From assembly GCF_009914755.1 (NCBI RefSeq), contig NC_060926.1: 64,000 nucleotides of DNA. One strand, given 5' to 3'. The stretch is from the human T2T-CHM13v2.0 reference genome, Homo sapiens. The notes under the pieces were generated by a model that did no database searches, had not been told where the DNA came from, and was given only the letters and a program-made list of their open reading frames with translations. The position numbers and the translations under genes are program-made. Below are positions 1 to 19,872 of the stretch, piece after piece (the stretch's first letter is position 1; each line of letters opens with the position of its first letter).

Positions 1-538
1 CACTCAGCAATCCCATTCTTGGGTATATACCCAGCAGAATATAAATCATTCTGTTATAAAGACAGAAGCATGCATATATTCATAGCAGCACTGTTCACAA
101 TAGCAAAGACATGTAATCACTCTAAATGCCCATCAATAGAAGGCTTGTAAAGAAAATGTGGTACATATACACCATGGAATACTATGAAGCTATAGAAAAG
201 AACAAGATCATGTTCTTTGCAGGAACGTGGATGGAGCTAGAAGCCATTATTTTTAGCAAACTCATACAAGAACAGACAACCAAAATACTGATGTTCTCAC
301 TCATACGTGGGAGCTAAGTGGTCGGAACACATGGATACAAAGAGGAGAACGGACACCATGGCCTACCAGAAGGTTGAGGGTGGGAGCATAGAGAAGAGCA
401 GAAAAACTAATTATTGGGTACTAGGCTTAGGAACCTGCTGATGAAGCAATCTGTACATCAAACCTCCATGACAATAGTTTACCTAGCTAACAACCTGCAC
501 ATGTACCCCTGAACCCAACATGGAAGTTAAAAAAAAAT
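1..538 (+). mobile_element. L1 3' end (old L1PA, about L1PA13-16), ORF2 C-terminus plus 3'UTR and A-tail
   Basis: ORF 126-317 (KKMWYIYTMEYY..AGTWMELEAII..FSLI) is the L1 ORF2 C-terminus; 3'UTR motif aacctgcacatgtacccctgaac followed by an A run at ~529-538. Confidence 0.9.
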
Positions 539-1544
539 CATGTTGTATGTCTTAAGTATATACAAGAAAAATAGCTTAATAACAAAATGAAATAACAACA
601 AAAACAGCATTTAGCTTAGGTCTTGGTATTTCATGAAATATCATGATATTTCATGATATTTTTATTTATTCATAAATAAAAGTATTTCATGATTTTTTTA
701 CATATAAAATATTTTGTTTCTCATTTTTATTAGCAGTTTCAATGTACTTTTTCTTAACTGAGTTTGAGATAGTTTGTGAAGAAGCAAAATTCACTTATTA
801 AGTAGATGGCGAAAGCACCACAGTCCCAGAGGAAAACACTTTCTTCCTGAAATCTTACTTCTAACAGAGTAGCATTGTTATAAGGCATGTCTTTGAGAGG
901 TACATTGGAAAGTGCCTCTGTGGAAAAGTACTTTTTTTTCAGTGTCAACAAAAGTTTGACTGATTTTTCTCTGTTGGGCAGGTGGACTATCTTTGCATAG
1001 TATGTTAACTCCAGAGCTGTTTTCTTGTGATAAGTGTATACTTTCTAAAAACTGAAGCCAAAGTTGATGAAAACGATGAGAAATAAAATATCATTCCAGT
1101 GTCAATATCTAAAGGCACATCCTTCATCAGAATTATATTTTAAATATCCATGAAGAAAAATATAGAGACTTACATATGTATGGATAAGAAGTTCTGATTC
1201 ATCCAGTATTGATTGGATGCTCATATAGCAAGTAAAACAGCTTATTGGCAAATATAACAAGTGGTTTTCTTTTTAATCTCTAACATGCTGTTCTTAGCAG
1301 AATTAACTGTCGTCCTATCAGAATGTCATTGAATCATATAAAAGCAACCTTGTTTGTAGTGTGTCACATGGAAAACCTCTTAAACGTCCAAAAAGAATGT
1401 TTCTAAAAAATGTTTAAAGACTTCTCAAATACATAAATGTTGTATGAAGGAAAATATTAGACCATATGTGATTTACTTTGTAAGTCTGGAAATGGTTATT
1501 GTAGTTGTTCTAAAATTGCTTTTCTAAAAAGCTGCTTTTTACGT

Positions 1545-1665
1545 AGACTGTGAACTCCTTATGAATCAGAACCGTATGGTTGGTTCACCACTTTATCCCT
1601 GCCTCTAGTTGCCTACAACTTGATAGGCAAATAATATAATACATGTTTTGGGGAAATTAATGAAA
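1545..1665 (+). mobile_element. L2 3' end fragment
   Basis: tagactgtgaactcctt...ttcaccactttatcccc...taatgaa resembles the L2 3' terminus. Confidence 0.55.
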
Positions 1666-2103
1666 AGTCAAAATAAAAAAGTAAAATAATGATTAATATA
1701 TACTGAATGAGGTATCTCTGAAAAAAATATATATATATCTGAGTTCTACACTGTAGAATTCATTTTTATTCTACCTTGTGATTGACAAGCACAGGTTTTA
1801 GTAACACATAGTCCTTCTACATATGTCCTGTACTGCAACATAGCAGGTAAGAATGTGGTGTGAGCCAGCCTTGCTAAGCGGGTCATTACTGAGAGCAGGT
1901 CTGATCTAAGCTTTTGTTATCACTTCTGCAAAACAAATCTTTCTGTGGAGATGTTAGATAAGTGTTTCCTAGGAATCACATTTCCGTATCATTTGAGTTC
2001 AAATGACAAAGAGCAATTACATCTATTCTCTGTATCCCAGTTCAAAATACATGGAAGAATTCAAACTTGCGTCACATGTCTCCTACTAATTGAAGGCTTG
2101 GGA

Positions 2104-2322
2104 GAGGGCCTAGCAAAGCACTGCACACAGGCCAAACCCAGCTTTCTGCTGCCTTTTATAAATAACAATCTGTTGGAAAACAACCGCACATATTTACACA
2201 TTTTCCCTGGCTACTATACACTACCATGACAGAGTTGAGGAGTTATGACAGAGAAGATATCACCCACACAGACTAAAAGATTCAGTAGCTGGCCCTTTGC
2301 AGAAAAAGTATGTCAATCCTTG
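2104..2322 (+). mobile_element. MER58A (hAT-Charlie MITE)
   Basis: ggccaaaccc...cagagttgaggagttatgacagag...ctggccctttgcagaaaaagt matches the recalled MER58A consensus. Confidence 0.75.
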
Positions 2323-3614
2323 GCTTTAGATTTCATAGAACAATTGTGTCTCTGTGTGGAAGAAGGGCAGTTTTCAGAGTAAAACACTGAATAGATATCC
2401 CATTAAGCACCTTGTATAGTTGGTGAGGGTTCTTTGTTGTATGACCAGCAATCCAAATCAGACTTCAAGGGGAACAAGCTACTGATATCCTAAGGAGGTT
2501 TTGTGGGTAGTGGGGGCTTAAGACACACCACAAACAACATTTTATACTGTGGTGATGTCAGAACCACCACAGTAATACAGTGAAGTCTATTATTTTAGGT
2601 GGCCGAAGGGATTTGGGATTGGACTTTAGCTGCTGACTGGAGGTGAAAACAGAATCAAGACTTAACAGAGGAGAAAAATAAGAGCTATGCAGTGGTTCCT
2701 AGCGAAGGGGTTCAGGACATATGAAAGATTCTTAAAACTAAGATTTAATTAAAGAAACAAGCACAAAATATCATCATATGGACCTTAAAAATGTATTAGA
2801 TGTTAGGAAACAAGACAACAAATGTTTGGCACATGGATACTCAGGGCACACAACAGTTGGATAACCGCCTTAGGACAGAAAAGGTAAACTCAGGTTGCTC
2901 TGGCTGGTGAGTTTTAGTTCTTGGAAATACCTGCTTACGAAATTATTCTGAAACTGCATGGTGACCCTATGATGGTTCCATGTCTCCGCCACTGAAAATA
3001 TCTTGGAGAATGCAAGGAAAGAGGATTGTATATTACAAAAAGAAAAACTAATAAAAACGAGACATGGATGACGAGTAGATTCAATGTATTAAAATCAAGT
3101 GTCTATTTTTAGTTCAGATTTTCTGAGTTGCTGAACCTAAAGATTAGATTTTTTTCACTTACTTGCTTGGTTAAAAATCACAGAGTTTGAATCTATTGGG
3201 CAAGTGCCCTGGCTGGCTATGAATTTAGAAGGGTTGGTAAGAGAGACATATATTCAGAAGGACAGTGTCTATGTGGTGTCCCAAGACAAGAAAAGAACAC
3301 ACTGTGTTCTAAGGGCAAACACTGATTGTACTTATAAAAGGAACAAGGCATGAATGAAAGCCTTCTGTGCAAATCGTTATAGTTGCATAAAAAGGAGTGA
3401 TTGTGACAAAAGTAAATAAATAAAAAATAATCGCTATAAAGTGTTTTAACAGTGTAAATCAAGAGAATAAAAAGGTAGAGGGGATTTCACAGAATCATTT
3501 CTCTAAGCAACACTCCTTTTATCTTTGATGTCTCTTCTGTACCCAAGATACTTTCAAACCTGGAAAGAATCACAGGTTAGTGGAAAGGAAGAATTAGTGG
3601 AAAGGCTTCATAAA

Positions 3615-3700
3615 TCCAGTTGCTCTTATCTCATTTTACAGAGGAAGAGACTGAGGGCTACAGAGGTGAATTATCCTGCTTAACATCACAGCTTCCTCTT
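3615..3700 (-). mobile_element. MIR fragment
   Basis: cattttacagaggaagagactgaggg..cagaggtgaa is the MIR core. Confidence 0.6.
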
Positions 3701-4377
3701 TCCAACTGCAATGTTATTTGTACTTTCTGTGTTCCAATTACTCAGGGGTTTTGTCTCTAGGTTTTCTCATATTTCAATTGTTAATTTGCATTTTTATAGG
3801 CTGTGGAGAAAAAGGCACAGTGGCTACTGGCTTCTAGGGTCAGAAATTTCCATAAACCAGCCCCTAATCCTGCCTAAATTTGCTGGCCTCTCTAATTACC
3901 TATCTGCCTCTTGCTTTATGCTATGATTTGTGCTTTTGTGTCTGAAGCCACTGCTACCTAGTTTTGTTGACATAGTTTTGGATATGGTAACTCAGTGTAC
4001 ATGGTTCTCCTTCTCAACTAACCTTTCATATATGGAAATCCAGAACAGACTTTTTAATTTATAATTGATCCCAGACCTTGAGTATTCTTGCCTTTGGTAT
4101 CAATTTTGTTTCTTGGAGAATTTATAATAAGCGTCCCATCCCCACACTGAGTTTGACAGATCTTCTGTGTGCTGAGACAAAGATTAGGATTAACCATAAA
4201 TGATGACCCATTCTTCTGAATTCTAGATTCTCACTTGCCTACTATGTGCACAATGTAGTGCTGATACGTTCCTAGAATAGGGCTTGTGGTTGACCAAAAT
4301 AACCAATTAACCTTAGCTCATTATATTCTGGAAGACTTTAGAAATGATCTAATGCATATAAATTTCCTGGTATAGAG

Positions 4378-4576
4378 TAGGGCTTCTCAATATTGGCACT
4401 ATTGGTATTTTTGTTTGTATAATCCTTTGTTGTGGGGTGCTGTCCTGGGTTTAGCAGCATCTTGACCTCTATGCACTAAATGCCAGTAACACCTCACCCC
4501 ATTATGACGATAAAAAAAGTCTCCAAATTATTAAAATTTCGCAGAGGATAAAACTGTCCTTTAATGAATATCACTA
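4378..4576 (-). mobile_element. MER20 (hAT-Charlie)
   Basis: ggcactattg...tttgttgtggggtgctgtcct...tttagcagcatc...atgccagta matches MER20; flanked by 8-bp hAT-type TSD gtatagag (4370-4377) / gtatagac (4577-4584). Confidence 0.85.
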
Positions 4577-4671
4577 GTATAGACTATGGCACATAGGCAG
4601 TACAAAATAATTAGCTATATTTTTACCCAAATATAAATAAATTTTATATAAATAATTTTTTGTGTAATTTT

Positions 4672-5066
4672 TAAATTTTTTCTTTTTATTTATAATTTTA
4701 GACTCGGGATACATGTGCGGATTTGTTATATACATATATTGCATGATGCCAAGGTTTGGGCTCCTCATGTTTCTGTTGCCCATGTAATGAACATGGTATC
4801 CAATAAGTAGTTTTTCAACTCTTTTCCTTCTCTCTACTTCCCCACTTTTGGAATCCCAGTGTTTATTGTTCCCATCTTTGTGCCTGTGTGTACTCAATGT
4901 TTAACTTCAACTTAGTAAGAACATGTAGTATTTGGTTTTCTGTTTCTGCGTTAACTCACTTAGGATAATGGCTTCCAGCTGCATCCATATTGCTGCAAAT
5001 AATGTCACTTTGTTGTTTCTTATGGCTGCGTAGTATTCCATGGTGTACACCTACCACATTTTCTTT
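4672..5066 (-). mobile_element. L1PB-type 3' end (host of the EIF2S2 retrocopy), part 1
   Basis: T-rich tail then antisense L1 3'UTR (gatacatgtgcggatttgtt...gtagtattccatggtgtac...ccacattttcttt). Confidence 0.85.
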
Positions 5067-6478
5067 CTTTTCACTGTTACAATAATTTATCTTGTATTTT
5101 ACAGAAATCTATGAACAATTTTTAAAAAGCACTTCCTTATCCGGTATTGCATTCTTCTGGCAGCTGTCAAGTAGGCAATAAGTGTGTCAACAGCTTGAAC
5201 AACAGCATCTTGCAAGGATATCAGACCAACGAACCACTCACCAAAGAACTTGGCACCTTTTTAATCTTGTTTTTAGTGCAAGGGTATATCCACTCTGATG
5301 GCAATCCTGTCCAGGCAAATCTTCACAGCATGCTTTGCAAAATCAGTGATTAGCAAATTAGTTAGCTTTGGCGCAGAGCTGTGTTCACTTGCCCATGACA
5401 ACCTGGAAGCTGATTTTGATGCTGGCAATAGAATCTCTAGAATGACACATTTCTCTTTGTAAAAAGTAGAGTTGGATGTGCTTCTACAGGATTGTGTTCC
5501 ATGTTCGGCGTGTGTGACAAGTAATGAATTCATTGATGTGTCTTCTAAGACAATCTTTATCTGTTTCTTTTGTAATCTTCCTTTGATTACAAGTTGGTTA
5601 TTACCACCTACAGAACCATTTGTACCCAGTTCACCCAACAAAAATGCAGGGAGGTGTCTGGGGAGACAATACGTTTGTTTATAGAAATCTGTAAAGTTGA
5701 CAAAAGAAGTTTCCTTGGTTCCTACTCAGACGACATAAGGAGGTTTTGTGACAAATTTCCTTTTCTCTCCAGAAACCATAACTGCATTGTCCCTACATGA
5801 TGTGGAACACTCTATTCAGTAGCTTCTCATATGTGTAGTCTCTTTCTAAGCTTGCCCAAATAGAGCCTGTCTGATTACTGAATGAGATAACATCGTCTTT
5901 TTTTGCTGTCTTTTATCTTTTAGGCTTCATCTTTCTCTAGTAATTTATTCTCATCTGTGAACCTGAAATTCCTCTTTTCCTTCTTTTTATCGACAAACAT
6001 AATGTCAAGGTCATCCCCTGGTTCAGCTGGTTCTTAAATATCACTTTCAGTCTTAAGAACCTTTACATCTTCTTCACCTCCATCAATATGAAGTATCTTT
6101 TTTGTTTTTCTCTTCTTTTTCTTTTGATTAAAGAAGATCAAGTCATCTGGATCATCATAAGCATCTCTTTTCCTATTGTCCTCTTCATCAGCTTCCAAAT
6201 CTTTGTCTTCAGTTGGCTCTGGCTCCATTTCTTTTATTTTTGAGGGTTAGCTTTCCTCTGTTTAGGTATCCCCACCCTCATCTAACATAAATGACTTCTT
6301 TTTCTTCCTGCTCATAGTAGGATCAAAAATCATCTTGTCCCCAGATGTGGCTGTAGTTTGAGTGCGCTCGGCACGAATGGGAAGTCAGACAGGTCAGCCC
6401 CAGGCCTTGGCAGCAGCTCTGCTCCCATTGGTATCTCTCCCACTGCCACACTAGGCTCTTGCATCAGTGAAAGGGCTG
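5067..6478 (-). pseudogene. EIF2S2: Processed pseudogene of eIF2-beta (EIF2S2), full length with 5'UTR, CDS relic ~6348-5358 and 3'UTR
   Basis: ORF fragments [27 protein letters not shown] and [19 protein letters not shown] match eIF2-beta; C-terminus ...AKAN-TAA at 5358; intronless; start ATG mutated to ACA (6348-6346); in-frame stops and frameshifts; TSD cattttcttt at 5057-5066 and 6479-6488. Which numbered EIF2S2P locus this is cannot be determined here. Confidence 0.96.
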
Positions 6479-6968
6479 CATTTTCTTTATCCAGTACACC
6501 ATTGATGGGCACCTGGGTGGATTCCATATCTTTGCTATTGTAAATAGTGCTGTAATAATCATACAAGTGCTGGTGGTTTTTTTTTTTTTCAGTAGGACAA
6601 TTTATTTTCCTTTGGGAGTATAACCAGTAGTAAGATTGCTGGATCAATGGTAATACTATTTTTAGTTCTTTGAGAAATCTCCAAACTGTTCTCTAGAGGG
6701 CCAAATATACATTCCCACCAATAGTGTATAAGTGTTTCCTTTCTTCTGCCACCTTGCCAGCATTTGTTATTTTTTGACTTTTTAATAGCCATTCTGACTG
6801 GTGTGAGATGGTGTTTTATGGTGGTTTTGATCTGTATCTTTATGAAGATTAGTGATTCAAAGCATTTTTAAATGTTGGTGGGCCACTTGTGTGTCTTCTT
6901 TTGAGAAGTGTTTGTTCATGTCTTGTGCCCACATTTTAATGGAGTTATTTGTTTTTACTTGTTAAGTT
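6479..6968 (-). mobile_element. L1PB-type element, part 2 (continues after the pseudogene)
   Basis: Resumes at ttttctttatccag...gattccatatctttgctattgtaaatagtgctg, colinear with part 1. Confidence 0.85.
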
Positions 6969-7393
6969 TCCTTTTTTTAACTTTTAGGTTTAAGGATACA
7001 ACTGCAGGTTTGTTATATAGGTAAATTGTGTGTCTCAGGGATTAGATGGACAGATTATTTCATCACCAGTGTAATTAGGCATAGTAACCAATAAACAGTT
7101 TTCTGATCCTCTCCCTTCTCACATCCTCCTCCCTCAAAAAGGCCCTAGTGTCTGTTGTTCCCTTCTTTGTGTCCATGTGTATTTAATATTTAGTTCCTAC
7201 TGATAAGCGAGAACATGTGGTATTTGCTTTTCTGTTCCCGCATTAGTTTGGTTGAGATTATGGCCTCTAGCTGTATCATTGTTGCTGCAAAGGACTTGAT
7301 CTCATTCACTCTTATGGCTGTGTACTGTTCTATGGCATATATACACACATACACACGCACACATATACATTTTATATATATACACATATACTA

Positions 7394-7428
<35 letters not shown>

Positions 7429-7510
7429 GGCACATTTTCTTTATCCAGTCTACCTTTGATGGGTATATAGGTTAAATTCATGATGCTGCTATTGTGAATA
7501 GCACTCTGAT
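6969..7510 (-). mobile_element. Second L1 3' end (about L1PA13-16) nested in the L1PB, with internal (CA)/(TA)/(TG) microsatellite at ~7337-7428
   Basis: New T-tail then caggtttgttatataggtaaa...; antisense ORF2 C-terminal peptide in ORF 7190-7387. Confidence 0.8.
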
Positions 7511-8259
7511 TAATTTTTGCTGAAAATATTTTCTTCCATTCTGTAGGTTGTCTGTTTACTCTGTTTTTTCATTTTTGCTACCTGGATCCAGCAGCTGTTC
7601 TTTTCTGATGTATGGTCTTCATTTTATCCACTGTTATTCTATTAACTACCTCTTACTTTATTAAACAATAATTTCTGGCTTATTTTAGACTAAGTGTTAT
7701 TGCTTGTGTCTTGCAAACAAAAACCCTAATTAATACAAAAATTGATTATGAGGTAAGAGATCTTCAGGAAAATGCTGAATTTATTCCTGGCTGGGATAAG
7801 ATGAAATGCATGACCCGAGATGAAAAAACAAAAAGAAGATTGCTTCTGATGGCATAGAATAATATATAATGAGAGAAGAAAAACTAAAAACACATACATT
7901 ATTTTCTCAAGGTCCAAAAGGAAATCCCCAGCCTTTTGAGGATATATTTGAAAATACTAAAATAATTTCTTAGACCTTATGACCCTGGGCTAAGATCAGT
8001 AAACAACAACAAAAACAAATTAATATACCAGCACCACTGCCACCACCAAAGAAAATAATTCTCTGGGATGCTGGGTTAAAAAATCATGTGAATTTGTCAG
8101 ACCTAATGTGAAAGTTCATACATTAATTAACAGAGAAGCAAATTACAGTAATATGACAGGGGTTATAAGAAGATGCATGAATTTGTATTACCTCAAACTC
8201 ATAAACCCCAGAAACCCTTGGTGAGGTTTTTTCACACTTGCAGAAAACAATTCATGCAT

Positions 8260-8510
8260 TTCTTCTTGCCTCAATCCTCATATTAGGCCAGTATTCAGAT
8301 TCCAAATTCATCATGTTCTAGAGGTTAAAATGCTACCTGAGAAGAAAAAACAAATAGAAAGATTGCAGGGATTTGCTAATTTTATCACTCAAAACCTGAT
8401 GAGTATTTGTAGAAATGGATTTTGAGTTTGCAGAAATATGGAAGTGAGGAATAAAACTTTAGCTCAGGTTGAATTTTCTCATAATGGTGAACTAATCAGA
8501 GACTTTGGCC
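8260..8510 (+). mobile_element. Ancient ERVL/MaLR internal (gag-like) fragment
   Basis: gaaatggattttgag...gaggaataaaactttagctcaggttgaattt...actaatcagagact resembles recalled ERVL/MLT-int gag sequence; highly diverged. Confidence 0.45.
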
Positions 8511-9159
8511 ATTATGTCTTCATGTAAATCTTAATCTAAGATTGTTGGATTTATATATCAGCTGGGTCTATCTCACTTATTTCTTCATTATATCCCTCCA
8601 GAAATTTCAGAAGTTGTTCTTTTCAAAAAGTTTTAGGGATAGGTTAATTAAGGAAAATATAGTATTATTTAAAAGGAGGAAAAAATAAGAAAACATGTTT
8701 TATTGGTTGCTCTCTTTCCACTAAGAATGAGTTAGAAAGGATTTAAAATTTCATCTCAGTGAGATTGGGAGGATCACAGGAGGTTGAGCCAAGAAATGAT
8801 AAAAGTGTATGTGACTGTTATAATAGGCAGCAGAATAGGTGGGTATTAGAAATCCCTTACACCAATAAAGATCTCTACCTATGGTTAATTATTATGGGGT
8901 TCTTAGGAATAAAATAAATGTTTCTCCAAGGTCTTACCTGATTTACAAAAGCAAGACACTCCAGATGTGGCAGACAAAAGAACAGAGAGCAACCTGAGAA
9001 TCATGGATCCGCAACCGTATTTTAAACTTGAGTCAGTTTATCAACCCAAGGGCCTTGAACATAGACAGGATTACCTATCTTGGGTAGGGTGGACCCCATT
9101 TGACATCACAGATAAACACAGTGAACTCATCCCTAGTCTTTTTGAAAGAAGCCTAGAGC

Positions 9160-9330
9160 AATTTGGGCAACTGTGCTCTAAGAAAATCAGTTTATTCATC
9201 TGTAAAATGATATAATTATGGTAGCTAACCTACAAATTGTTGTATTTAGGAAAATAAAATGCCTAAAACGTATAGAGAATAATACCTAGTACATACTAAG
9301 TACTTAATAATGTTAGCTATTATTATTATT
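9160..9330 (+). mobile_element. MIR
   Basis: ttgggcaa...cagtttattcatctgtaaaatg...taataatgttagctattattattatt. Confidence 0.7.
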
Positions 9331-9909
9331 AAATGCAAGTTCTTACAACACTTATCCCCAGGAAATATGCCATACTTGTATTTTACGGATTCTGTTGTTA
9401 GCTGTTGTGAACAGTAGTTATTTAAGCTATTCAGACAAATAAGAGGTCATCAGGTGTGACTGTATAAGGTAATCTGAAGCACCAAAGTAGAACAGTGTGA
9501 AAGTTGTCAGTCATGGAAGTTTTTAAAAGTCCTTCAATTTGTCCCCTGTTTAATCAGATATCTAATTTCCTTGAACTTGCGATTGGCTCTGTAGGTAAGG
9601 CTTGGCCACAGACCCCTGACTTTGAGCAAGAGGTACTCTTCTTTCTCTAAAATTTAGTAGTGCCTTAGACATACTCCTTATATCATTGATTGCATTGCAT
9701 TGTAGTTTGTTGATCCTGTGTATTCTTACCCTGAAGAAGAACTCCTTATGAGACAAGGGAAAATATTATAGTACACTTGGTGGCAGGAAATTGGGACAAA
9801 AGTCTGCAGTCTTCCATTTAATAACCATTGCATTTTACCCCCTAGGTAGCATTTTTTCTGATTTTTCAAGCCATATAACCAAAATTCGTGTCTGTTATTA
9901 CACTATTAT

Positions 9910-10125
9910 ATGGTAAAATGGTAGGAGTGTGGAGCGTAGGGTCAATCTTCCTGAATATAAAACCCAGGTTCACCATGAATGACCAGGTGAGCTATCAACA
10001 TTCTCAGTGTCTCTGTTTTCTTCTTTCTAATATAGCATTGATATGAAAATTAAGTAGATCAATTCACATAAATCATTAAAGCAGTACCTGACACATACTA
10101 ATGGCTCAGCATATTTTAAATTGCT
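9910..10125 (+). mobile_element. MIR
   Basis: ctcagtgtctctgttttc...gcagtacctgacacatact MIR-like layout. Confidence 0.5.
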
Positions 10126-11880
10126 ACTGAAATATTCAAATAAAAAATCATAAATATGCTTCATTCACTGTTAATACAGATATTTGTTACTAGTATGAAT
10201 TGTTTTACAATGTGTAAACAAATGAATGAATTAATTAATGAATAACTTTTTTTCTAAATATCTGATGTGTGTTGATTCACATTGTTTTTTTTTAACTTGA
10301 GAAGACTGGAGTATTAAAAGGTCACTTCTGATTTCACTACTATTTATTTTTAAGACTTACATGTGAGCTAGAACTTCACATTTGGAGAAAATACAAGACA
10401 ATTACATGTAACCTCAAAAGATTGCCGTCCCTCAAGGTGTCCTTGACCTTGGCCATGCTGAGTCTTTGTTTATAAAAAGGAAGAACTGGTCCTTTCCTCA
10501 CCATTTGCTCTCCTACAACGACTATGACTGCCTGTTCCCATAGTTCTGAGCAGGAAACGTTACTTCTCTATGCCTTCATATAGTTGAATGCAAAGGCTTT
10601 TCTTCCTTAAAAAATATAACATTTGTTTAAAATGCCTGCTGTCTTAGAGATAAATTTAACGTTCCAGTGAAAGTGTCCTTGCATATTAATATTTCTAAAA
10701 TAATTATTCCTTAAAAAGCTCTAATTTATATTCTTGAAGACTGCATAATTTTTAACATTTGCAATATAACACTAAAATTGTGTTCTATATTCAACTTAAA
10801 TAACTTTTTATGTTTTATTTCATGGTTTTATATAGTGTCTTACTGACATTTGCTATCCATATTTGAAATCTTATATTATTGCTGGTTTAATAGAGTGCAT
10901 CTATAAAATAGTATACAAGATTGAACACTTACCATAAATCTCAAGAAGTTGGAGGAGGAAATGGCTCCAAACTATAATGTTTTAAAATGGCTTAGTGAAG
11001 CAGAAATTTCACTACATTTCTTTTGCTAGAAAACTGTTGCTGCAAAAACCAGCACTTAGAAAAGCAAGTAGAACTAGACATTTGTAATTAATAGTCAATT
11101 TTGAAAGAATTAAGAGCACTGTTGTTTCAGGTGAAGTACTTTGAAATGTAATTATATCTCCTTCTATTGGAAATTGTGATATAAATGTTCCAATTAAATT
11201 TAATTGATTTTACTTCTATTAAAAAAATCAGATATATAATTAATTATGTTATAGACTTAATATAGCCATGAGACCATATTATGTATCTGTATTCTCTCTC
11301 TCTCTCAAATGCTTTCTTAACAGTATTTTTTATTAGTATATAAAAGTATTTTTATGACTCATATCAATAAAATCAAGAAAAATCACTAAAAATTTCATAA
11401 AGTGAAAGAAAATAAACACAAATTATTTTGAATTTTTCAGAAGTATGGTTTCGAAGTTTTAAGTTAAGCTTGCTTTTATTGCAAATATATATTTTAGGGT
11501 TGAATAGTCAATTCCAATATAGGATTTCATAGAGTGCATCTCATCCTATATAGGATTTGACTATTAAACCCTAAAATTTTCTTTTGTAAAATGGTGTATT
11601 TCACAATATATATACATATATACATACACATGCATATAAATATATGCATACATATATACTCACACACATGTATATGTATATTTTCATAGCCAGAGTATTA
11701 GGCTATTCAGAAACATAAGAGGTCATCAAGTATGAGAGTATAAAAGCTGCTTTTCAGCATTAATGTTGTGTCTATAATTCTTTATGGAGCAGCAAAGCTT
11801 AAATGACTAAAGCACGGATGAAAGTAATGATTAAAATACACAACTTCTATTTAGATTAAATATGAGAATTTAGGTTGTTC

Positions 11881-19200
<7,320 letters not shown>

Positions 19201-19364
19201 TATTTTATTCTTATTTTCCCTCTGAATCTGATGATAACTAGATCATATTCAAAGTCTTTTTTACTTTAAAAATTAGAAAAATACCTTTTATATATCCTCA
19301 TATTACAGAATATTTAAATTGGACTTTTAAGCTTTGCAATATTAAAAAGATCTAATTCAACTCA

Positions 19365-19872
19365 TAGGTTAATCAGCTTTCAAGATGGTGCCCAATATTC
19401 CATACCTCCCAATATTCACAGCTTTGTATCACCTCATCTTCACATTGTACCAGGTTGGATCTGTGTGACCAAAAGGATACAGTAGAAGTGGTGGCATGCC
19501 ACTTCTGAGATTAGGTTAGTAGAGCATTGTGGCTTCCTTCTTGAGCAAGTTACCTGGTTTCCCCCTTGGATAGCTCACCGTGAGGGCTGTGAACTACCAT
19601 GTAATGACTAGCCTATGAAGAGGCCCATGTGGAAAGTAATAAAAATTTCCTTCTGATAGCTGCATGAGTGATTTTAGAAGCATATATTCCAGTCCTAGAA
19701 GACCTCTATCCAAGCTATTAACTTGAATACAACCTCATGAAAGATTCTGACCAAGAATCACCTACCTGAGCCATTCCCAGAATCCTGACCCTGAAAACCT
19801 GTGGGGTAATAGATATTTGTTGTTATAAGTGGCTATGTTTGAGGTTAATTTGTTAGCAGCAATAGGCAACAA
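19365..19872 (+). mobile_element. MLT1F-type MaLR solo LTR
   Basis: caagatggtgcccaat...ctgtgtgaccaa...cacttctgagattaggtta...gaggcccatgtgg...taatttgttagcagcaatagg. Confidence 0.8.

Noticed and set aside
2545-2574. 10-bp-stem hairpin tactgtggtg/caccacagta
   Set aside because: Too short to distinguish from chance in 64 kb
3577-3605. Short tandem duplication ttagtggaaagg; similar ones at 61324-61361 and inside MER1B at ~62918-62976
   Set aside because: Ordinary slippage duplications; not arrays and nothing CRISPR-like
5273-6228. eIF2-beta-like ORFs as a functional retrogene
   Set aside because: Start codon lost, in-frame stops (e.g. at 6034-6036) and frameshifts
7337-7428. Quasi-palindromic (CA)/(TG) tract
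   Set aside because: Microsatellite expansion at a site in the L1 3' region where such expansions are common
10927-11030. Possible minus-strand exon with ATG|GTAAGT donor
   Set aside because: Weak acceptor and no supporting neighbouring exons; other isolated splice-like motifs (1845, 20996, 27032) rejected likewise
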